Virus record (IMG/VR): IMGVR_UViG_3300017655_000001
Coordinates: 23,439 to 87,438 of that record
Direction: 5' to 3' (one strand)
Source of the DNA: a virus
Lineage: Duplodnaviria > Caudoviricetes
Length of the DNA stretch: 64,000 nucleotides
The first letter of the stretch is position 1. Every line of letters begins with the position of its first letter. Position numbers and translations under genes: made by a program. Shown one piece after another: positions 1 through 8,258 of this stretch. Below the pieces are notes generated by a model. It saw only the letters and a program-made list of their open reading frames with translations, had not been told where the DNA came from and searched no databases.

Positions 1-10
1 GCTTAGGAAA

Positions 11-265
11 ATGAAGCCTAGGCGTTTTGTACTGCTAGGAATAACACATCAAAACTCAACAGAATATTTTACAGATTATGATGTTGTGTTTGCAGATAAC
101 TATTGCTATAAGATCCATAGGCTTTCTGGAGAAACAACTATACTTGATACACAGCTTTTTGGTAAAGATTGGAGTAAAGAAGTAGAAGGGCTTCCAGAAG
201 ATAAAGAAATCCAAGTACCTCTGCATGTGTATAAGAATTATTTAGAACAGGAGAAATTGATATGA
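11..265 (+). CDS. hypothetical protein (84 aa)
   Basis: ORF with AGGA RBS; first of a tightly overlapping + strand gene run. Confidence 0.75.
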   Translation: MKPRRFVLLGITHQNSTEYFTDYDVVFADNYCYKIHRLSGETTILDTQLFGKDWSKEVEGLPEDKEIQVPLHVYKNYLEQEKLI

Positions 266-495
266 AAATTAAGGGTAGTATTTCAGTAGATTGTGAAGTA
301 TCAGAAATTGATGTGGTAAATGCTGCTTACAGTGTTTGGAAAGAGTCAGTCAACCGAAAAGGATGGGCAGTCATTGGTGGATATTGGAAAACAGATACTG
401 AGTTTGGGATTAAGACTGAACAAATGAGCGCATCGGAAATTCTTATAGATGCGGAGTTTGATAAAATTATCGCCTTCATTCGGTGGATTAAATGA
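262..495 (+). CDS. hypothetical protein (77 aa)
   Basis: ATGA overlap with upstream stop. Confidence 0.75.
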   Translation: MKIKGSISVDCEVSEIDVVNAAYSVWKESVNRKGWAVIGGYWKTDTEFGIKTEQMSASEILIDAEFDKIIAFIRWIK

Positions 496-683
496 AAGAA
501 AATCTTAAATTTGTTGCCGGACTGATTATCCTAATCCTTCTAGGATTCTTAGCCTATTGTGCTGTAACAGGCTTTGGTGTTATGATTGGCTTCATCTTTG
601 TAATCTTCCCTGTGTGGCAGATTGTAGTGGGAACTGTTCTTGGTAGTGTTGGTGTATTGTTGTATTTAATGGAGAAGAAATAA
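492..683 (+). CDS. small membrane protein (63 aa)
   Basis: almost entirely hydrophobic, two likely TM helices; ATGA overlap. Confidence 0.7.
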   Translation: MKENLKFVAGLIILILLGFLAYCAVTGFGVMIGFIFVIFPVWQIVVGTVLGSVGVLLYLMEKK

Positions 684-895
684 TGAAGTTTAAATACAAA
701 CAACGAGATTGCGATTGGTGCACAAAAGAATGGGAAGGCTATGAAACAAAACCCGGACATGTGCAACACGTAGAAGATGGTCCTTGGGAAGTTTGTGGTG
801 TATGTGAAGGAACAGCATCAATTGACGATACTTGTTACTGTCATGCCCATTATAACGGAGAATGTTGCTGTGATTATCAAGGGTGGACAGAATGA
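683..895 (+). CDS. Cys-rich putative zinc-binding protein (70 aa)
   Basis: CDWC, CGVC and CYCHAH...ECCC motifs; TAATG overlap. Confidence 0.7.
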   Translation: MKFKYKQRDCDWCTKEWEGYETKPGHVQHVEDGPWEVCGVCEGTASIDDTCYCHAHYNGECCCDYQGWTE

Positions 896-1260
896 TTCTT
901 ATTACAGAAGAAATGAAACAAGCTGCACAGCAAGCTAAGAAAGACAAGATTGCTTATGCTAAAGAACATCTTGATTTAGATTGGGGTGATGATGAGAAGC
1001 ATTGGAAGGCTACAGCAAAGCTTTACGGTGTACGTCTGCCCGCTTATTACCATAGCAGTGAGGAAACTAAATATGCTCGTAGGTTTATTAATAAGCTAGG
1101 TGGAGATATGAATGAATATCTTGAATACTGTGGTTGCCGTACACTGAAAGAACTGGTAAACTTGAACCCAACACATAACGCTGTTGCTTTCTGCGGATTT
1201 ATTCTTGAATGGTGGCACGAGAAGCAAACAGAGACTATTGAATTTGAGGAAGACGAATAA
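892..1260 (+). CDS. hypothetical protein
   Basis: ORF 883-1260; ATG at 892 overlapping upstream TGA is the more likely start. Confidence 0.75.
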   Translation: MILITEEMKQAAQQAKKDKIAYAKEHLDLDWGDDEKHWKATAKLYGVRLPAYYHSSEETKYARRFINKLGGDMNEYLEYCGCRTLKELVNLNPTHNAVAFCGFILEWWHEKQTETIEFEEDE

Positions 1261-1586
1261 TGACAACAGTTCAAGTAGATCCTAAGAAGCTTTATGAGTT
1301 ATGTAAAGAATTCTTTGAAAGGGAAGATCAAAAACGTAAACAAGAAGTGGTGGAATGGCGTAAACAGTTATACTCTAAGCGCAGGATGTTTGGACTACTC
1401 CCACCAAAGTACACTAAAGAGGAGGTGGAGTCTTGGGAGGTTCCAGGTATTTATCAATCAATGGAATTTCAAACTATGTGGCCCCATCACCAACTGTACT
1501 CAGCCATGTTAGCTGCAAATGTGGCAATGAAATGCGATGTTCGGATTATTGATGTAGATGCAAGACTTTTTGCTGCTCTTAAATAA
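1260..1586 (+). CDS. hypothetical protein (108 aa)
   Basis: GAGGA RBS, TAATG overlap. Confidence 0.75.
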   Translation: MTTVQVDPKKLYELCKEFFEREDQKRKQEVVEWRKQLYSKRRMFGLLPPKYTKEEVESWEVPGIYQSMEFQTMWPHHQLYSAMLAANVAMKCDVRIIDVDARLFAALK

Positions 1587-1627
1587 CACATTACCACGGG
1601 AAATTCTGAATAAATAGACGTTTTCTC

Positions 1628-1656
1628 TTGTAAGACGGGAATATGTGTGCTATTAT
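1628..1656 (+). promoter_or_regulatory. sigma70-like promoter
   Basis: TTGTAA-17 nt-TATTAT in intergenic gap upstream of 1700. Confidence 0.6.
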
Positions 1657-1699
1657 GTGTTTCGTTTAAATTAATGCTATAAAATACGGGGTAATTGAT

Positions 1700-1927
1700 A
1701 TGGAAAAGTTAAAACCAACCATCAAAAGAGTTGAGTGTAGTCCTGAGCAATACGTATGTAAGTATTCAGAAGACCTTTATGTAGAAGTTCTTAATGCTTC
1801 TGAACAAGAGTTTTGGAATTATCTTTGTGTAGGCGTGGGTAAAACTCCAACAGAGGCTTACCAAGACTGGTTAAAGGATTGCGATACTTGGCACGAACAT
1901 AAAGGTCCTATCTTAGATGGTGAATAA
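1700..1927 (+). CDS. hypothetical protein (75 aa)
   Basis: ORF downstream of promoter. Confidence 0.7.
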   Translation: MEKLKPTIKRVECSPEQYVCKYSEDLYVEVLNASEQEFWNYLCVGVGKTPTEAYQDWLKDCDTWHEHKGPILDGE

Positions 1928-2217
1928 TGGAAAACTACGTAAAACCAAACGGCTGTTATGCCGAATCTGGCTATGACTTCTTTGAGCAACAAGTAAAGGA
2001 AGAGTTTGAAGAGTATTCTCTAAGAAAAGGCTATGATATTACACGAGACAAGGAATATAGTTTCTTCTATACTGATGGTAGAACAGAAGATGCTTGGAGA
2101 ATGTACCGTGTTGCTCATGTGAAGAGTATTGACATTGATTGGGATAAGGTAGAATATGTCTTGTATGACGATGTTCCTATGACACAAGAAATTGTTTTTG
2201 AATGGAAGGAGATTTAA
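1927..2217 (+). CDS. hypothetical acidic protein (96 aa)
   Basis: TAATG overlap. Confidence 0.7.
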   Translation: MENYVKPNGCYAESGYDFFEQQVKEEFEEYSLRKGYDITRDKEYSFFYTDGRTEDAWRMYRVAHVKSIDIDWDKVEYVLYDDVPMTQEIVFEWKEI

Positions 2218-2601
2218 ATGGAAAACGAAGAAGATTTTGTAAAACTCAGTGAGCTTAAGTCTGATTACTCTGGGCATGATACAAGAGAAGTTAGGGAATG
2301 GGAGTACATTCAAATTTCAGGGGACGAAGACTTTGGTACTCGCCTATATTGGTCAGCATTTAAAGACTCGTCTGGTTTTGAAGCCTTTATGTTGGAAGAT
2401 GTAGCAGATTTAGGAGATTATCAGCTAGTTACAGTGGTTATTCAGGTGAGCGCCATGTTTGACGGAGCTAGGCATATGTATTTTAACAGCGGTGTTGAGG
2501 ATATGGGATATCTATTTTATCCAAGCACAAAAGATTTGATTAAAGGTCTTGAGTTTATCCGGGAGCTAGAGTTAAAGTATTGCTGGGATTGTGACAAATG
2601 A
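2218..2601 (+). CDS. hypothetical acidic protein (127 aa)
   Basis: GGAG RBS, abuts upstream stop. Confidence 0.75.
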   Translation: MENEEDFVKLSELKSDYSGHDTREVREWEYIQISGDEDFGTRLYWSAFKDSSGFEAFMLEDVADLGDYQLVTVVIQVSAMFDGARHMYFNSGVEDMGYLFYPSTKDLIKGLEFIRELELKYCWDCDK

Positions 2602-2931
2602 ATATAGAAACTCTTAAAGCTTTGTACAGTCAGATGAAGAGCTATGAAGATAGGATGTGGATGCGTTTTGCTTCACAAAACATTCTTATTGCTAGAGAGG
2701 AGAGGAAATGAGCAGGAAAGAAGATTTTGAAAAGGCCATGTCAGAGTATTTTCCAAGTCTAAGTCTTAAACCGGGTAGGCTTAATGATTACAAAGATAGC
2801 CATGTTCAGATAGCCTGGTTCTTTTATGAAGAGGCGTTAGATCACGCAGAGAGGAAGAGGAAGCAAAAGTGATTGGATTTATAATGCTAGTTTTGATGAT
2901 GTTATTTATATACTTTGCATTTTACAAATAA

Positions 2932-2951
2932 GCCCTTTCGAGGGCCTTTTA
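2932..2951 (+). terminator. intrinsic terminator
   Basis: GCCCT-TTCG-AGGGC followed by CTTTT. Confidence 0.7.
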
Positions 2952-2967
2952 TCGTTTAGGAGAAAAT

Positions 2968-3168
2968 ATGGCTAAGAAGCTAGACTTTAACAAGGTTCCA
3001 GAGTACACAGAAAAGGATGGACTGCTTATGCAAGCAAACACAGACAACCTGATCAGTATGGGTGTAAAAGAATGGAAGAAACGAAAGAAGAATGGAGTAG
3101 CTGTTATGACGGAGGTTGAGCAGAATGAGATGTTGCGTAAGATTGAGGAAGAGATGCTAGATGGCTAG
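2968..3168 (+). CDS. hypothetical protein (66 aa)
   Basis: AGGAG RBS. Confidence 0.75.
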   Translation: MAKKLDFNKVPEYTEKDGLLMQANTDNLISMGVKEWKKRKKNGVAVMTEVEQNEMLRKIEEEMLDG

Positions 3169-3583
3169 AGGAAGGAAACCAATCATCTTGGTGAACGATA
3201 TTAAGGAACGCTTTACAGAAGAGTGGTGGGGAAGAGAAGACCTGGATATGTGGCCTTTATGGATTGATGATATTGTGTCTGGCGTAGCTAGACTTGATTG
3301 GTACGGAGACAGACCAAACCAAATTCCCCTTGCCACCACAAACATAATCAAATGCTTTGTTTTCTTAGATGAAATATCAACCGAAAATATCATGAAGCTT
3401 TTGGAATACAAGAAGAGTCAAGCAAAGCTATATTTGAAAGCTTGCCAACTGTGCTACCCTTTCTTCAAGCGTTCACTGGAAAACAAAGAAACCCTAAACA
3501 CAAGATACAGAAGAGAAAGTATTGTGAGCTATGAACAAGGACTGAAATATCACTATGATGTGCAGCACAGAAGTCATATTTAA
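3161..3583 (+). CDS. hypothetical protein (140 aa)
   Basis: 8-nt overlap with upstream gene. Confidence 0.75.
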   Translation: MARGRKPIILVNDIKERFTEEWWGREDLDMWPLWIDDIVSGVARLDWYGDRPNQIPLATTNIIKCFVFLDEISTENIMKLLEYKKSQAKLYLKACQLCYPFFKRSLENKETLNTRYRRESIVSYEQGLKYHYDVQHRSHI

Positions 3584-3598
3584 TTAAGGTAATTAGAT

Positions 3599-3622
3599 TT
3601 TAATTAAGCCGGTATAATAATA
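3599..3622 (+). repeat. copy 1 of 24-nt motif TTTAATTAAGCC-NNN-ATAATAATA
   Basis: 21/24 identical to 5738-5761. Confidence 0.8.
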
Positions 3623-3645
3623 TACAGTTAGGAGAAAAGTAGTAA

Positions 3646-4800
3646 ATGGAAGAGTGGAAAGTAGTACCAGAGTATTCTAAATACGAGGCATCAACAACAG
3701 GTGTTATTAGAGACTCACAAACAAAAGAGTTGCGTCCATTAACTTGGAATAATAATTTCCTGTGTACGAATATGCGTAGAGATGATGGTGTCAAGGTTTT
3801 GTGTAAAGTTCACAGGATTGTAGCTCTGACTTTCTTAGATAATCCTGAGCAGGCTCATAACGTAGTGCACATCAATGAGGATAGGTCTGACAACTCAGTA
3901 GGTAATCTGAAATGGAAACCAAAACTTGTTAAAGAGGTTGTTTCTAAAGAGATGCCAACACTAACCTTCCTAGGTAAGACATACACTTATGTGGAGTTTT
4001 GTGAACAGGCTAAGTGTGAAATATCTATGCTCAAACACAGGCTCAACAAGGCTGGTTGGAGTGTAAGAGAGTGTTTTACAGGTATTAAAGAGTTCACTGG
4101 AGATGGTTATTCCGGTGAGGGTATGTGGTTTACAAACAAGAAAGAGTATCAAGCTTGGATGTGGTTAAAAGAGCTTGAGAAAAGAGAACTAAAACGTAAG
4201 CAAAAGGAAGACGACAAACAACAACGAATTAAAGAACGTGCTGAGTATAAGAAGTATGGAGTAGGGGTATTTGAGAACTTTCCTGTGAAGGGGATCGTTG
4301 ATCGTATTACTACGAAAGCTTATAGAGCCTGGGATGCAATGTTAGGAAGATGCTATGCACCTAATAAGAAAAGCTACCAATCTTATGGTGCAAAAGGTGT
4401 TTACGTTTGCGACTCTTGGTTATATTTTCAGGAATATGTTAAATGGTATGACTCACAGTACAAAGAAGATGATTGGCATGTAGACAAGGACATCTTGGTA
4501 AAGGGTAATAAAATCTATTCTCCAGAGACTTGTGTAATGGTGCCTCCCGAAGTGAATACATTCTTTGCAAGTTTAACTAGAGATGGCGAGACAGTTAAGG
4601 GTTTTATTCAGAATGGTCCGGGATTCACATCAGGGGTGTACATTGAAGGAGAGAAGATTCAGAAGTATTTTAGAAGTGAGCAAGAAGCCTCTGAATACTA
4701 TTGGACTAATAAACGTCAAGCAGCTTACAATCTAACCCTTAAATACCCTAATATTGACCAAAGGGTTAAAGACAAACTGCTTAGACTGGAAATATCCTAA
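3646..4800 (+). CDS. chimeric homing-endonuclease-like protein: NUMOD4 + HNH + HTH-like + second HNH-type (DKDIL/YSPETC) domain (384 aa)
   Basis: EEWKVVPEYSKYEAS (NUMOD4-like); VHRIVALTF...HINEDRSDN..GNLKW (HNH); AWDAMLGRCY...HVDKDILVKGNKIYSPETC (second phage HNH family). Confidence 0.75.
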   Translation: MEEWKVVPEYSKYEASTTGVIRDSQTKELRPLTWNNNFLCTNMRRDDGVKVLCKVHRIVALTFLDNPEQAHNVVHINEDRSDNSVGNLKWKPKLVKEVVSKEMPTLTFLGKTYTYVEFCEQAKCEISMLKHRLNKAGWSVRECFTGIKEFTGDGYSGEGMWFTNKKEYQAWMWLKELEKRELKRKQKEDDKQQRIKERAEYKKYGVGVFENFPVKGIVDRITTKAYRAWDAMLGRCYAPNKKSYQSYGAKGVYVCDSWLYFQEYVKWYDSQYKEDDWHVDKDILVKGNKIYSPETCVMVPPEVNTFFASLTRDGETVKGFIQNGPGFTSGVYIEGEKIQKYFRSEQEASEYYWTNKRQAAYNLTLKYPNIDQRVKDKLLRLEIS

Positions 4801-4813
4801 CCCCCTATTTTTA

Positions 4814-4849
4814 ACCCTCTTAGGCTTTTCCTTTGAGGGTCTTTTTATT
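4814..4849 (+). terminator. intrinsic terminator
   Basis: ACCCTC...GAGGGT followed by CTTTTTATT, just after stop at 4800. Confidence 0.65.
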
Positions 4850-4888
4850 GGCTGAAAATATGCCTCTCGGGCTATGACCTTTTTAACA

Positions 4889-4917
4889 ACTCTACCACCC
4901 CACTACTATCCTGTCAA
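4889..4917 (-). promoter_or_regulatory. sigma70-like promoter pointing antisense into the nuclease gene
   Basis: TTGACA-17 nt-TAGAGT on - strand. Confidence 0.55.
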
Positions 4918-5057
4918 TTAGATTTCAAAATATCCTAATAATATATTTCTATCAAAGAAGGGTAATCGATAGAGAAAGTCTTAAACATAGTAGTTAAGAG
5001 AGAATGTATTAGAAGAGAAGAATTGATAGATGGAATCTATAGTTATGGGTATAAGAA

Positions 5058-5076
5058 AGCCCTCTTAGTGAGGGCT
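5058..5076 (-). terminator. intrinsic terminator of early - strand transcripts
   Basis: AGCCCTC/GAGGGCT stem, TTCTT tail on - strand. Confidence 0.65.
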
Positions 5077-5092
5077 GTTTGAGTAGGGATTG

Positions 5093-5317
5093 TTAAAACG
5101 GTTCACCCCACTTTTCTTGTACGTCCTGTTCTGCATTAATAAATACTTGATCTGTATATCTACCTTCCCCAATTTGCTTAGCCCAATAGTCTAAACGTTG
5201 GTTACGGTAAACTGCTACTTTCATGCCTGTCTCAATGCTGCCGTAACCTTTAGGTGGATTCTTCATGCTAGCGCAGTTAGTCATCAGTTTGTTTACGTTT
5301 GCTTTGGAAGCTTTCAT
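5093..5317 (-). CDS. hypothetical early protein (74 aa)
   Basis: GAGGA RBS; own promoter at 5356-5384. Confidence 0.75.
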   Translation of the reverse strand: MKASKANVNKLMTNCASMKNPPKGYGSIETGMKVAVYRNQRLDYWAKQIGEGRYTDQVFINAEQDVQEKWGEPF

Positions 5318-5355
5318 GGTAATTTCCTCTGAGGGTTTTCTGTTTCAGTACGCAC

Positions 5356-5384
5356 AGTTTAGCCATGTTTAGAGTGGTGCGCAA
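5356..5384 (-). promoter_or_regulatory. sigma70-like promoter
   Basis: TTGCGC-17-TAAACT. Confidence 0.5.
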
Positions 5385-5393
5385 GAGGTATTT

Positions 5394-5654
5394 TCAAATT
5401 TTCCAATCTTTTACATACTCGGCATTGATATAGAATTCCTCTAAGTAGTCTTTTAGATTCTCGAAATCTACCATAGTATTGATTTTCTGATTAACAGATT
5501 TCTCCCCATCGAGTTTGACTGTTATGTGTGCTGTATCTGTCCTTGCTTGGGAGGGTTTCTGTGAAAGTGTCAATACCCCCTTATGGCCATTAACAGACAA
5601 TTCCGCTAAAACAATTTTATAGTTTTCTGAAATCAGTTTAGTTTGAATATTCAT
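5394..5654 (-). CDS. hypothetical early protein (86 aa)
   Basis: AAGGAG RBS; own promoter at 5692-5720. Confidence 0.75.
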   Translation of the reverse strand: MNIQTKLISENYKIVLAELSVNGHKGVLTLSQKPSQARTDTAHITVKLDGEKSVNQKINTMVDFENLKDYLEEFYINAEYVKDWKI

Positions 5655-5691
5655 TTGGTTCTCCTTCAGGATTTGTGCCTTTCATGTATTC

Positions 5692-5720
5692 ACTATAGAC
5701 CGCTATAGAATCTCTGTCAA
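5692..5720 (-). promoter_or_regulatory. sigma70-like promoter
   Basis: TTGACA-17-TATAGT. Confidence 0.75.
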
Positions 5721-5737
5721 CGATATTTTCAAAGAAA

Positions 5738-5761
5738 TTTAATTAAGCCTGCATAATAATA
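5738..5761 (+). repeat. copy 2 of 24-nt motif TTTAATTAAGCC-NNN-ATAATAATA
   Basis: 21/24 identical to 3599-3622. Confidence 0.8.
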
Positions 5762-6043
5762 AGAATGTAATTTGAAAGAATGTAGAAAAGAGAAGTAATC
5801 TTTGTTTAATTGATTGTTTTCAGACGAATGGTAGAGGGAAATAGTAGAAAGTTGTTGACTTTTAAGGAGATATTGGCTATCCGGCTTAACATTCACTGAC
5901 GTTCTGTAAGCCTCCTTCAGCCAAGAATACTCTTAGTCAGGCACCAATAAAGAAGGATGTAGCAAGCATCCTGTAAGGGATAGGGTCTTTTAGGGATGTT
6001 CTTAATAAGGTCTTTATACTGGCTTGTAGGGAGTAACAAGAAA

Positions 6044-6063
6044 GGAGCCATTAATGGCTCCTA
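6044..6063 (-). terminator. palindromic (possibly bidirectional) terminator
   Basis: AGGAGCCATTAATGGCTCCT perfect palindrome; TTCTTGTT tail on - strand. Confidence 0.6.
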
Positions 6064-6120
6064 TTGTATACTAATAGTATATTATTCTTGTTGGTTATGT
6101 ATTATTCAGTGCACATGTGT

Positions 6121-6306
6121 TCACTCAGCAATGTAGCAGTCGCTCTCTTTGTAACCTTTCACTTTCATCCACTTCTCTTCTTGTTTAGCACATATGTCAA
6201 AAGCTACTTGAGCCTCTTTTGGTGTTGTAACAGACCAGCTAGCAGGTTCGTAATCATTGCAATTCCCGTTGATGCAAAGCTGTACATAGAGAATGATAGT
6301 GAACAT
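6121..6306 (-). CDS. small exported/membrane protein with Cys residues (61 aa)
   Basis: hydrophobic N-terminus, four Cys; AAGGA RBS. Confidence 0.6.
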   Translation of the reverse strand: MFTIILYVQLCINGNCNDYEPASWSVTTPKEAQVAFDICAKQEEKWMKVKGYKESDCYIAE

Positions 6307-6478
6307 GATAAGATTCCTTTGGTATCTGTGTAAAATTACTCAGAATTGTATTTGAGCAACAAGCCCAACAACACACATCACAACAACGGCTACACAAACG
6401 TATGTAAAAGCTTTAGATTTCATGTTTATTGCTCCTAGAGGCTGTTCTGAGACAGAATTTCTCTTCTGTATATCTAGA

Positions 6479-6507
6479 ATTGTAGGGGCTTTGCAGCCCC
6501 TTGTCAA
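6479..6507 (-). promoter_or_regulatory. sigma70-like promoter with inverted repeat in spacer
   Basis: TTGACA-17-TACAAT; spacer contains GGGGCT-GCAA-AGCCCC. Confidence 0.75.
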
Positions 6508-6510
6508 TGG

Positions 6511-6741
6511 TTAGATGTTAATTTTTAACAATGCTTTTAGTTTCTTTTCACATTCTACGGCTTCTTCGAGATTGTCAAACAAAGCCCATTCTGTAATAGC
6601 CCCATACGTATGGTTAGTTCCACCACTGCCAATACATCCAACTTTAGCTTCCCTTTGTGCAATCACATATTCGGTAGAGTAAAAATCAAGGGTCTCGTCA
6701 GATGATGTTACAACTACACGGTATTCTACATTAATGCTCAT
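6511..6741 (-). CDS. hypothetical protein
   Basis: ORF 6511-6768; AGGAG RBS favours ATG at 6741. Confidence 0.7.
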   Translation of the reverse strand: MSINVEYRVVVTSSDETLDFYSTEYVIAQREAKVGCIGSGGTNHTYGAITEWALFDNLEEAVECEKKLKALLKINI

Positions 6742-6788
6742 ATCATTTCTCCTATTAACAAGCTCCATTGCTTGTCTTCATGTTGATA

Positions 6789-6817
6789 ATTCTATCCCCA
6801 TCCCTCTCGCTTGTAAA
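6789..6817 (-). promoter_or_regulatory. sigma70-like promoter
   Basis: TTTACA-17-TAGAAT. Confidence 0.7.
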
Positions 6818-6902
6818 GCTATTTTTGTAGAAATTATTATTTAATTTATTAATGAAGGTTGAAGAGGGGATAGAGAATTTCTATTGATGTGTGTAAAAGG
6901 AA

Positions 6903-6918
6903 AGGGCCATAAGGCCCT
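6903..6918 (-). terminator. intrinsic terminator
   Basis: GGGCC-TTAT-GGCCC then TTTCCTTTT on - strand. Confidence 0.6.
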
Positions 6919-7112
6919 TAATGCTTAATACAAACAGCAGTAGTTAATATAGTCTGAAAATTACCATTTGGTATATTTTGTACTAAGTAAATCCTTTTTG
7001 CTTCTTCGCAAGACTCTAATGTTGTAAACCCATTTACAGACTCAATAGCTGGGCTACCGGCAGCACGAAAATCATGTGCATAGAGAATAATAGTGATAAT
7101 CAGTGTGTACAA
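6918..7112 (-). CDS. small exported/membrane two-Cys protein (64 aa)
   Basis: hydrophobic N-terminus, GFTTLESCEEA...AVC. Confidence 0.7.
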   Translation of the reverse strand: MYTLIITIILYAHDFRAAGSPAIESVNGFTTLESCEEAKRIYLVQNIPNGNFQTILTTAVCIKH

Positions 7113-7115
7113 TTT

Positions 7116-7409
7116 CTAATCTCCATAGAATCGAGCATAATCGACTGTTGATTGTTGTTGTTGCCTTTCCTTCCAAACATCATCACTACTAATCTTACTA
7201 AAGCCATATTGCATATCTACAGCATCGTAGCCATCGCCTGCCCATTTGTACAATCGTTCTTTCTTCCTATCATACTTCCATACATCTGGTGTTGTAATGT
7301 CTTGTTTAAGCCAAACAACATTACTTTCCACAAATGATACAGACAAGACAATGTAATTGAACCCGTCTAGATAAAGCTTGTATTGATCATTTTCTTTTGG
7401 ATTGTTCAT
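7116..7409 (-). CDS. hypothetical protein (97 aa)
   Basis: ATGA overlap with upstream gene. Confidence 0.7.
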   Translation of the reverse strand: MNNPKENDQYKLYLDGFNYIVLSVSFVESNVVWLKQDITTPDVWKYDRKKERLYKWAGDGYDAVDMQYGFSKISSDDVWKERQQQQSTVDYARFYGD

Positions 7410-7612
7410 ACATCACTCACCACGCAGATAGCTTTAGTTCTAATCTGGTTCCAATCGTAAGAAGGTAGACGATTAGCCAAAACCTTGTTACCAGCGTTAT
7501 TGCAAGCTTGTTGTGTTGTGAATCCCGGTACAATATAACTAGTCAAGGCTGTAGGGCTTTTCTGAAAATCATAGCCTGCGCTTATCATCACTATTAGCGT
7601 CCAAGTAACCAT
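7406..7612 (-). CDS. small exported/membrane two-Cys protein (68 aa)
   Basis: hydrophobic N-terminus, GFTTQQACNNA...AIC; paralogous to 6918-7112. Confidence 0.7.
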   Translation of the reverse strand: MVTWTLIVMISAGYDFQKSPTALTSYIVPGFTTQQACNNAGNKVLANRLPSYDWNQIRTKAICVVSDV

Positions 7613-7760
7613 TTTTACATTTCTCCCATATAACGCTTACTCTCACGAACATTCTTACGTTCTTGTCGCCAATGTTGACTAGTGGAGTCTTTCTCTTTGT
7701 GTGTTGAGCTTTCCTTTTTACGAGAGAATTTCTCAAATGTAATGTTTTCGTAGTAGTGGT

Positions 7761-7991
7761 TCATTTATCTTCTTCCATTTCTTGATAGGCAGCTTCTAAG
7801 GCATCGATAAACTTACGTGTAAACTCTTTACCAAACAAAGCTACACGAATGTCTCCATAATACTCTTTACTTTCTTTATTGGTGGTACGAATTTCAATTC
7901 CACCAAGAGCATCACTGTCAGGACCAATCTCAATATAGACGCCTTCAGCGTCGTTGTACACTCGTCGAATTGTTTCAATACTGTAAGTCAT
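7761..7991 (-). CDS. hypothetical protein (76 aa)
   Basis: GGAG RBS. Confidence 0.7.
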   Translation of the reverse strand: MTYSIETIRRVYNDAEGVYIEIGPDSDALGGIEIRTTNKESKEYYGDIRVALFGKEFTRKFIDALEAAYQEMEEDK

Positions 7992-8258
7992 TTCGCATCT
8001 CCATTAATCTTGCATTTCCACTTTCCGTCTTCTTTCCACAATTTAAAAGAAGAATAGCCAGAGGATTGCCAATTACCTATTGTAGCAAGGCATTTGCTTA
8101 GGCTGCTCATACAATCTTACTCCCAACAGTTATTAGATTAAGTATTACTGCCAAAATGTTAAGATAGAAAAGCCAATTGAAATTCTTTTCTCCCGCAAGA
8201 TGACCAGCAAGGAAACTATTTACAACAATAAAAGTTAGGTTCAGCATTTTGTTTCTCC

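Noticed and set aside
5855-5883. TTGACT-17-TATCCG + strand promoter with AAGGAG/TTG mini-ORF
   Set aside because: The -10 is poor and the ORF is only 8 codons. It is kept only as context for the non-coding region finding.
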